56,110 nt of DNA from a virus (taxonomy: Duplodnaviria; Caudoviricetes), in IMG/VR virus record IMGVR_UViG_3300047550_002572, positions 1-56,110 of that record; one strand, written 5' to 3'. Shown piece by piece: positions 1-6,611 of this stretch (position 1 is its first letter; each line of letters starts with the position of its first letter). The notes beneath the pieces were generated by a model. It searched no databases. It saw only the letters and a program-made list of their open reading frames with translations, and had not been told where the DNA came from. The position numbers were made by a program, and so were the translations under genes.

Positions 1-117
1 GGTCGAGCACCGTCGAGCGGGTCTGGACGCTTGAGCCCGTCGACCAGCAGCTGCTTTCGAACCTGAAAAGGGGTTCCGAAGGGGGGCAGAGGGGGATGCA
101 GGGGGCGCGCCTGGCCG

Positions 118-255
118 CGTTGCGGCGCGAGGTGGACTGCATCGGGCCCACGCAACGGGCCGTTGCGGCGCACGGTGGACTGCATCGGGCCCATCGACCT
201 GGTGAACGCTCACCCCTGCCCCCTGTCGAAACAGCGCATTCGAGACTGCATCGGG
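118..255. repeat. Imperfect 33-bp direct repeat (118-150, 161-193) plus a third 12-bp core (244-255) near the left end
   Basis: CGTTGCGGCGC-nn-GGTGGACTGCATCGGGCCCA occurs twice with 2 mismatches; core GACTGCATCGGG occurs three times. Confidence 0.85.
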
Positions 256-339
256 GGCACGGGGGCGATGCGGCAGCGCGTTGTCAGCTCGCGCAGAATG
301 GTGCGGCTATGCGGTTTTAAACAAATATGGCATTAGGTG

Positions 340-368
340 TTGACAAAAGAGCAACACGGGTATATATT
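340..368 (+). promoter_or_regulatory. Sigma70-type early promoter
   Basis: TTGACA (340-345), 17 nt, TATATT (363-368); strong SD GGAAGGAGG before ATG 418. Confidence 0.85.
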
Positions 369-417
369 GGGGGTGTAAATACACATCGCCTCACGTCGAG
401 GCGGGAAGGAGGCCGAG

Positions 418-624
418 ATGACCACACACCGCGCAGAGTGCAAGTGCATCGTCTGCGCCAGACCCACGCGGGGGCGCACCTGCGTGAAGGTGTGCCTGTC
501 AATTCCCGCAGACCTTTGGGCGGCATTCGGCGACGAGTGTCTGCTTGCGGGCAGAGACAAGTCTCCCACGGTCGCGGGGCTGATTGCCCTGTGGCTGAAG
601 CATCGGAAGGAGAAGAAAGCATGA
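418..624 (+). CDS. Small ribbon-helix-helix-like regulator with N-terminal Cys/His cluster
   Basis: Good SD; H..ECKCIVC, then beta strand VKVCLSI followed by two helices (RHH pattern). Confidence 0.6.
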   Translation: MTTHRAECKCIVCARPTRGRTCVKVCLSIPADLWAAFGDECLLAGRDKSPTVAGLIALWLKHRKEKKA

Positions 625-857
625 TGACTGGCAAGTTCGAGTGGACGAACAACGCGGGCTTCGCGGCCAACTTTAATGAGGAGTGCAACCTCGAGGAGGC
701 TCGCCAGCTGGTGCTCCAGGCGTTCCCCGAAGCAGTCGAGTACGACGCCAACGATGCAATCTGGTTCTACCGCAACGAAGACGCCTACGACCGCGACCAG
801 GACAACGCCGACCACAACCGTGGCGTGGTGGCGACATGGGAAGGAGATAACCAGTGA
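621..857 (+). CDS. Small acidic hypothetical early protein
   Basis: ATGA overlap with the previous gene and SD GGAG; the ORF-track extension to 327 is not supported. Confidence 0.75.
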   Translation: MMTGKFEWTNNAGFAANFNEECNLEEARQLVLQAFPEAVEYDANDAIWFYRNEDAYDRDQDNADHNRGVVATWEGDNQ

Positions 858-1207
858 TTATCACCAACGCATTCTCGCTTAACATGTTGCCGCTTGACAT
901 GGGCATGGCGGCGATCAACATCATCGACGTTTCGGAGGGCGGCGTGCGCGAGCTCCTGCTCAATCACCCGAAGGGAATTGAGTCGGCGGTCGGCCACGCC
1001 GACACCGCCGCGCTGTTCAGCGACATCCTGTCGCTGAACATCCCGTGCGAGCGCCGCACCATCACGCTCAGCGCGAACGACACCATTCTCGTGGGCCAGT
1101 ACAACGGCCCACGTCTGCCTGAGGGCGCCACCACCCTGCCCGAGGGCGCCAGCATTCGCTGGCTGCACGTCACCGTCACCAACACGCTGTCGCCCGAGTG
1201 CGAGTAA
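854..1207 (+). CDS. acrIII-1: DUF1874 / STIV B116-like viral ring nuclease (AcrIII-1 family anti-CRISPR)
   Basis: Family motifs NAFSLNML, SAVGHADTA (catalytic GH), R-x-I-x-L and RLPEG; 117 aa; SD AAGGAG. Confidence 0.85.
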   Translation: MIITNAFSLNMLPLDMGMAAINIIDVSEGGVRELLLNHPKGIESAVGHADTAALFSDILSLNIPCERRTITLSANDTILVGQYNGPRLPEGATTLPEGASIRWLHVTVTNTLSPECE

Positions 1208-1221
1208 AAGGAGGGATACGA

Positions 1222-1536
1222 ATGATCATCATTAACGTCAACGAAACCCCTGCCCCCGACTGGAGCAGCCGCCCGTGGGGGCGTCCCACGGTTCACGCCG
1301 CGCAGTCCGATCTGAATCCCAAGCTGGTCGGCATGTGCGAGTTCCGCTACCACGGCATGCGCATCCGCGGCGTGCGAATCTTCCGAAACGACGACGGCAC
1401 GTTGTACGTCAACATGCCGCAGAAGCGTTTCGGCGAGTCCATCGAGAGCGTCGTCTACTTCCACGACCCCATCGAGCGCGAGCAGTTCAATCACGATGTG
1501 GCGTGGCTGTGGACGGCGATCTTCAGCACGCGTTAA
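1222..1536 (+). CDS. SpoVG-family nucleic-acid-binding protein
   Basis: GMRIRGVRIF...GTLYVNMPQK matches the SpoVG pattern; SD AAGGAGG. Confidence 0.7.
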   Translation: MIIINVNETPAPDWSSRPWGRPTVHAAQSDLNPKLVGMCEFRYHGMRIRGVRIFRNDDGTLYVNMPQKRFGESIESVVYFHDPIEREQFNHDVAWLWTAIFSTR

Positions 1537-1548
1537 GGAGCTTAAAAT

Positions 1549-1797
1549 ATGACAGATCTGTGTCACTTGATCTACTGGGAAAAGTCACCGGCTGACAGCC
1601 GACGCGAGCACGCTTCCTCTGTCAATACTATTATGGTGCCGAAAAAACACGCTATGACGGTAGCGCGAAAGCTGGCAAACAATGCAGACCTGTGTGGGTA
1701 TATTCCGCGCACCCCTCGAGGCGAAGGATGGCAGCCTGCGGGAGGCGACGTGGTTATCGTTTACCCCGGCGGTAGGCATCGAACGGTTTGGCCGTGA
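1549..1797 (+). CDS. Hypothetical early protein
   Basis: SD AAGGAG; operon spacing. Confidence 0.65.
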   Translation: MTDLCHLIYWEKSPADSRREHASSVNTIMVPKKHAMTVARKLANNADLCGYIPRTPRGEGWQPAGGDVVIVYPGGRHRTVWP

Positions 1798-2015
1798 GGA
1801 ACGGCTTCGACAGCACGAGGGCCACGGTTACCTTGCGCCCGCACGAGGCGCTCGCGCTGCGCTTGCTTTCCCAAGCGCAGCGCGTCACTGAGCCCGAGAT
1901 CCTGCGAATCGGTCTGCGGCTTCTTTGGAGGTTACATCAACGAGGCCGATTCAAAACAGCGTCACGGCTGTTCACGCAAAGCAAACCACACACAACAAAA
2001 AGGAGGAAGCCATGA
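1794..2015 (+). CDS. Basic RHH-like DNA-binding protein
   Basis: GTGA overlap; strand RATVTL followed by helices ending ILRIGL. Confidence 0.5.
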   Translation: MRNGFDSTRATVTLRPHEALALRLLSQAQRVTEPEILRIGLRLLWRLHQRGRFKTASRLFTQSKPHTTKRRKP

Positions 2016-2016
2016 C

Positions 2017-2352
2017 ATGCAGCAAGAGCAGAAAGAGAATGGTCCCGCTCTTTGGGTCATGAACGTAAAGCCAGGCGAGAAGTTCACGGTGCGCCGTTAC
2101 GGCGAGCGGGATATCAATGTGCGAGCCTCAGTCGGAAACGAGGGGGGCGACATGTTTCTCTGCTGGAGGGACGGCGACTTCTACCCGTACCGAGAAAAGG
2201 ATCGAGTAGAGCTGCAAGTAGAGTACCTGTCTTTCCCGCCTCGAGTTCGCGTGAAATGGACCGATAACAAAACGAATACCATGTATGTGAGGCCCGTAAA
2301 GGTAACCATAGCGCAGCCAATCGATATTGGGGGCGGGGTGATTATAGGATGA
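2017..2352 (+). CDS. Hypothetical protein
   Basis: SD AGGAGG; protein-like composition. Confidence 0.7.
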   Translation: MQQEQKENGPALWVMNVKPGEKFTVRRYGERDINVRASVGNEGGDMFLCWRDGDFYPYREKDRVELQVEYLSFPPRVRVKWTDNKTNTMYVRPVKVTIAQPIDIGGGVIIG

Positions 2353-2492
2353 GCACTGTTCCCTGCTTGGTTTGTGGTTCGGAATCATTGGGCTTGACAG
2401 ACTTCTGTCGCGGTCATCGACTGTGGAAGGTCTGCAGGCAGTGCGACGAGCCCATCGGACCCGACGAAAACCATGACTGCACGAGCGCCTAG
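2349..2492 (+). CDS. 47-aa Cys/His-rich (Zn-binding) protein, not in the ORF track
   Basis: ATGA overlap; MSTVPCLVCG...FCRGH...VCRQC...HDC. Confidence 0.55.
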   Translation: MSTVPCLVCGSESLGLTDFCRGHRLWKVCRQCDEPIGPDENHDCTSA

Positions 2493-2530
2493 AAGGCGCT
2501 GAAGGGCGGTCGATGGTACGAAACCACCAT

Positions 2531-2570
2531 GACCCCCCGTCGAACGCCTCACAGGCAAAGACGGGGGGTC
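2531..2570 (+). terminator. GC-rich stem-loop at the end of the early operon
   Basis: GACCCCCCGTC / GACGGGGGGTC perfect 11-bp stem; weak U tract. Confidence 0.5.
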
Positions 2571-2594
2571 TAAAATTTGAAGGCAGCAAGCAGC

Positions 2595-4172
2595 ATGAAG
2601 ATTCGATGGAACCCCACGGCCAAGGCATGGGAGGTCACGGCAGATCGCGAAGAGACTTTCAAGCTTCCTCGAGGGGTCATGACGTGGGATAACGGGCGAA
2701 AGGTTTGGTGGGCTCCTGAGCTGGCTTGGCGACTTCTCGAGCGGGCAGCAGGCAAAGAGCATGGGCCGCTCTTCACCCGATATCACCTGAAGGGCGAGCC
2801 GATGGAGATAACACCAGCGACCACCCATCGACCGTTGCTACCCCATCAAATCACGGCAGTGTCACACCTGGTCGAATGCAAGCGGGCGGGGCTTTTCGAC
2901 GATATGGGCGCGGGAAAGACCGCCAGTGTCCTCGCCGCATACGAAACCATACGGCAGCGACAGCCCGACGTTCGGCTGCTTGTCATGTGCCCGAAACGAG
3001 TCATGGGCGAATGGGCGAATGAAGTTAGGCTTACATTGGGGCGGGACATCGACATCGAACGGGAATGGGTCATCAATTACGATAAGGTGTGGCGAGCTGA
3101 GCACAACCTCGGGTTGAACGCTTACGTCGCACGAGGGCCGGTTATCCTCGTACTAGACGAATGCCATGTTGCTGCAGGTATTGACAGCAAGAGATTTGTC
3201 GCCATAGACGAGCTGGCTCGAAAGGTTCCTTACCTGTGGGCCCTGTCGGGCACTCCTGTTCGAAACAAGCCCGACAGCTTCTTTCCCGTGTATCGACTCA
3301 TCAGCGGGGCCGCCGTCACGTTTCCCCAGTTCATGGCGTTGTATTGCAACACGTTTCGACAGAGAATCACGGGCTACAAACGGCTTGAAGACCTTGAGGC
3401 AGTCACGCGGCAGTACTGCTTGAGGAGAGAGGTTCACGAGATTCTGACTTTGCCGCCATTGACCGAGCAGACCGTCCCCGTGAAGATTGAAGGGCGACAG
3501 CGGGCGATTTACAACCAGCTCGCCACAGGGTTGCGGACGAACGTAGGCCACATGGATTCGGTTGAATACGAGCAGAAGATCAACGACGTGCGGGTTCAGA
3601 TAAACAGCCTTCTCATGGCGGCAGCGCACCCCGCCCTCATCGACCCCGAAGCCACAGACGAGGGCTGCGCCAAGCTTGCTGCGCTAGACGAACTACTCGA
3701 AGAGGCGGGCGACCAGAAGGTGCTGATCTGGAGCCGGTACCCGAGGGTGCTCGAAAGAATAGCAGCGCGATGCAGAGAGCATGGACGCCACGCAGTCACA
3801 CTGCACGGGGCGAACAGCGACAAAGACAACCACGACAACAAACACGCTTTCTTGACCGACCCCGATGTGAAGGTCTGCTGCCTCTCCATCGGCGCATTCG
3901 CAGAAGGAATCAACCTGCAGGTCGCGACCATCGCAATCTATCACGACCTTTACTGGATGTTCGACAAGTTCCACCAAAGCCAGCGGCGGCTGTGGCGCAC
4001 CGGCCAGACAAAGCCCGTTCACGTCTATTACCTCATCGGCGCACCCATTGAAGAGTACGTCCTCGACTCTCTCGCCAAGAAAGAGCAGTACCAACAAGTC
4101 ATCACCGGCCGAGCTCGTGACTTCGATGTCTCACAGAGCGCACTGTTGCGATTGTTGAAAAAACTTGCATGA
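2595..4172 (+). CDS. SNF2-family helicase/ATPase
   Basis: DDMGAGKT Walker A, LDECH, LSGTP, EGINLQ, QSQRRLWRTGQ. Confidence 0.92.
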   Translation: MKIRWNPTAKAWEVTADREETFKLPRGVMTWDNGRKVWWAPELAWRLLERAAGKEHGPLFTRYHLKGEPMEITPATTHRPLLPHQITAVSHLVECKRAGLFDDMGAGKTASVLAAYETIRQRQPDVRLLVMCPKRVMGEWANEVRLTLGRDIDIEREWVINYDKVWRAEHNLGLNAYVARGPVILVLDECHVAAGIDSKRFVAIDELARKVPYLWALSGTPVRNKPDSFFPVYRLISGAAVTFPQFMALYCNTFRQRITGYKRLEDLEAVTRQYCLRREVHEILTLPPLTEQTVPVKIEGRQRAIYNQLATGLRTNVGHMDSVEYEQKINDVRVQINSLLMAAAHPALIDPEATDEGCAKLAALDELLEEAGDQKVLIWSRYPRVLERIAARCREHGRHAVTLHGANSDKDNHDNKHAFLTDPDVKVCCLSIGAFAEGINLQVATIAIYHDLYWMFDKFHQSQRRLWRTGQTKPVHVYYLIGAPIEEYVLDSLAKKEQYQQVITGRARDFDVSQSALLRLLKKLA

Positions 4173-4199
4173 GAGACGGCAAAAGAAATTATAGGGTGG

Positions 4200-4330
4200 C
4201 GATTAACATGGTTACATAGAACTCCATCAAAGAGTTACATTAACTATGTTACATAGAACCCGGGTTCCATGTAACTCAACCCCATGACAGGGGGTTATCC
4301 ACAGCCCGATGTGGGTATGTGAATAACTTG
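4200..4330. other. Putative replication origin: GTTACAT repeats, 28-bp palindrome and two inverted DnaA boxes
   Basis: AT-rich; GTTACAT at 4211, 4234, 4248 and inverted at 4269; TTATCCACA 4295-4303; TGTGAATAA 4318-4326. Confidence 0.6.
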
Positions 4331-4366
4331 AATTCTCTTGACAGAATTCAAGCATGGGTGTACGAT
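4327..4366 (+). promoter_or_regulatory. Sigma70 promoter with an inverted repeat over the -35
   Basis: TTGACA 4338-4343, 17 nt, TACGAT 4361-4366; CTTGAATTCT (4327-4336) / AGAATTCAAG (4343-4352). Confidence 0.75.
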
Positions 4367-4436
4367 GCTCAGGCAAACCCATCCAGTAGCGGTTGACCTG
4401 GTGTGATACACTAAAGTCAGTCAGCGCACAAGGCTT

Positions 4437-4500
4437 AAAAGCCCTCTCTGATCTTCGCTGCTGGCGGGGGTTTGCAATCAGGGAGGGCTTTTTTCTTTGC
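4437..4500 (+). terminator. Long intrinsic terminator/attenuator hairpin
   Basis: AAAAGCCCTCTCTGAT...ATCAGGGAGGGCTTTT followed by a T-rich tract. Confidence 0.7.
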
Positions 4501-4790
4501 TTCAGATCACTACCAGCTGTCAAGCCCGACTGGAAGCATTCATCGGTCCAGAAGAAAGCAACGGCTGTCGGCGGTGGCTCGGCAGCTACGACCCGAAGGG
4601 GTACCCCCGCTTCGTTCCTTACCCAGGGAGCAAATTCGCAAACCTGGTTCACCGCATGATCTGGCAGATCATGTGGGAGCAGGAACCCAAGAGGGGCGAC
4701 ATCATCATCAGAACCTGTGGGAACAGGTGGTGCGTGTCGCCAGACCACATCGAGAAAAAGGAGTCACGCGCGGTATATACCGCTGCTTGA
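4497..4790 (+). CDS. Degenerate HNH (beta-beta-alpha-Me) protein
   Basis: GC..W.G..D..GY, VHR..W, RTCGNRWCVSPDH; the expected catalytic His appears replaced by Arg; start uncertain. Confidence 0.6.
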   Translation: MLQITTSCQARLEAFIGPEESNGCRRWLGSYDPKGYPRFVPYPGSKFANLVHRMIWQIMWEQEPKRGDIIIRTCGNRWCVSPDHIEKKESRAVYTAA

Positions 4791-4815
4791 CAATTATCGG
4801 GTGGAGAATTACAGT
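4787..4815 (+). promoter_or_regulatory. Sigma70 promoter
   Basis: TTGACA 4787-4792, 17 nt, TACAGT 4810-4815. Confidence 0.7.
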
Positions 4816-4977
4816 CAGGTTGTTCGGCGGGCGTTCCTGCTACTGTGCAGGAGACTCCGCAGGAACCCAAAACAGGTAACGACCGCCCTTCAGCAGGCGT
4901 GGGTCGAGCGGGTGAAGGCACTCAGCATCCCCGCCCAGCGACGACGAGCGGTCGAACTCAGAAAGAGGTACATCAGC

Positions 4978-5727
4978 ATGGCCAAGGTTACCATCGGCAA
5001 GCGCGGAAAGGCGGCGGCACCGGCACCCGAGCCCGTCGCCCCTGTGGAAGACATCGATCTCGGCGACCTCGACCTCGGGGAGGACATCGGCGAGGACCTG
5101 CTTGGGGACCTCGACCTCGGCGAGCTGGCCGAGGTGGATGACCTCGGCGTCAGCGTGGAAGACGTGGAGGCGGCAATGGCGAGCATTGCTCCCGCGTCTG
5201 TCGCAACCCCTGCTGTCGGCCCAAGCATCAGCGACGCGGCGCTTGCCGCACTTAGCGCAGACGTGGGACGCATCCTGAAAGCGGCAGAGGGGCTTAACCC
5301 CGGGCCGATGATGGAGGCGCTTGAGTTTCAGCGCCACGCAATTGAGCGGCTGCAGACCCAGATCGAGAACCTGTCGCAGCAGCTTGCGGCCACCCAGACG
5401 TTTGTGGCCGACAGCCACAAGACGTTGATCAACACGCTGTCGGTTCGTCCGGCTGCCGCGCCTGCGGGTCTGGTGGCGGCGGCGAGCATTCCCGTCACGG
5501 TCGGCCCCGTTGCTTCCGCTTCTACCTCGGCGCTCGACGCCTACATCCTCGCGCAGTTCGAGCATCTCGCGGCGGGGAAGGTGTACCCCGCCGTGAAAGT
5601 TGCAGAGGTGTTCTGCAAGCGCAACACTGGCGATGCCGTCACCGTCGATCAGATGCTGGCCGCAATGCACCGTGTGCTGTCGTCTGCGTTCGAGAAGGCG
5701 GGCCGCGACGGCTACTTCGCCCGATAG
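4978..5727 (+). CDS. Protein with basic N-terminus, acidic DLG repeats, coiled coil and small C-terminal domain
   Basis: SD AAAGAGG; start MAKVTIGK; EDIDLGDLDLGEDIGEDLLGDLDLGE. Confidence 0.8.
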   Translation: MAKVTIGKRGKAAAPAPEPVAPVEDIDLGDLDLGEDIGEDLLGDLDLGELAEVDDLGVSVEDVEAAMASIAPASVATPAVGPSISDAALAALSADVGRILKAAEGLNPGPMMEALEFQRHAIERLQTQIENLSQQLAATQTFVADSHKTLINTLSVRPAAAPAGLVAAASIPVTVGPVASASTSALDAYILAQFEHLAAGKVYPAVKVAEVFCKRNTGDAVTVDQMLAAMHRVLSSAFEKAGRDGYFAR

Positions 5728-5789
5728 CACAGTGACCGTGTGGCCCCGAGCGGTGGTCGGGGCGCTCCTTCCCAGTGGTAATGCTATCT

Positions 5790-5816
5790 GGCCGTGCGAT
5801 GCACGGCCTTCCTTTT
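5790..5816 (+). terminator. Intrinsic terminator
   Basis: GGCCGTGC-GAT-GCACGGCC followed by TTCCTTTT. Confidence 0.7.
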
Positions 5817-5828
5817 CTCGGAGGGTGT

Positions 5829-6602
5829 ATGTATCACGTTGTTATGTACTCAGGGGGAATTGGGTCTTGGGCTGCGGCCAAAAGGGTGGCCGCGCAGCAC
5901 GGGACTGACAAATTGGTGATGCTGTTTTCAGACACCAAGACCGAAGACGAAGACCTGTATCGGTTCCTTAAAGAGTCCTGTCAAAACGTCGGGGGCCGTA
6001 TCAAGATCATTGCAGACGGCAGAGACGTGTGGGAAGTGTTCAATGACGTTCGATTTTTGGGCAACAGTCGCATAGACCCGTGTTCTAGAATTCTGAAGCG
6101 GGATCTTTGCCGAAAGTGGGTGGACAAGAACTTTTCCACTTGCCCCGACCAAGTTCGTTTGTACGTTGGAATCGACTGGACAGAGGGGCACCGCATGAAG
6201 AACATTGTACAGAATTGGGAGCCTTACCAAGTTGAAGCTCCAATGTTGTCGCCTCCTCATCTCACAAAAAAGGCGATGCTGGCGATGCTAGAAGCGGAAG
6301 GTATAACCCCTCCTCGTCTGTACGGGATGGGTTTCAGCCACAACAATTGCGGCGGCTTTTGCATCAAGTCGGGACAGGCACAGTTCGAGTTGCTTCTGAA
6401 GTCGTTCCCCGAGCGGTACGCCTATCATGAGCAGAAGGAACGAGAGATTAGAGAAAAGCTTAACAAAAACGTAAGTATATTGCGGCATCACAGCGGGCCT
6501 GACAAAGGCAAGCCTTGGACACTAGAAGACTTCCGAAAGAATCTTGAGTGCAAAGGAAGCTTTGACAAGACTGAGTGGGGCGGCTGCGGCTGCTTTATCT
6601 AG
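5829..6602 (+). CDS. PAPS-reductase-like (adenine nucleotide alpha-hydrolase) phage protein
   Basis: N-terminal MYSGGIGS PP-loop, FSDT..ED.DLYRF, CSRILK, HNNCGGFCIK, C-terminal GCGC. Confidence 0.8.
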   Translation: MYHVVMYSGGIGSWAAAKRVAAQHGTDKLVMLFSDTKTEDEDLYRFLKESCQNVGGRIKIIADGRDVWEVFNDVRFLGNSRIDPCSRILKRDLCRKWVDKNFSTCPDQVRLYVGIDWTEGHRMKNIVQNWEPYQVEAPMLSPPHLTKKAMLAMLEAEGITPPRLYGMGFSHNNCGGFCIKSGQAQFELLLKSFPERYAYHEQKEREIREKLNKNVSILRHHSGPDKGKPWTLEDFRKNLECKGSFDKTEWGGCGCFI

Positions 6603-6611
6603 GAGGCTTAC

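Noticed and set aside
118-255. Mini CRISPR array
   Set aside because: Only two full repeats separated by 10 nt; no spacer-sized unique sequences and no cas genes
327-620. N-terminal extension of ORF 327..857
   Set aside because: Overlaps the promoter and the RHH gene; the SD and ATGA coupling point to a start at 621
2495-2530. Hammerhead ribozyme (CTGAAG...GAAAC)
   Set aside because: Core deviates from CUGANGA and stem II does not pair
4370-4440. c-di-GMP-I riboswitch (GGCAAACC)
   Set aside because: No GNRA-capped P2 or downstream GCAAAGC element
4717-4977. N-terminal extension of the acidic protein
   Set aside because: Contains a promoter and lacks an SD; good SD at 4978
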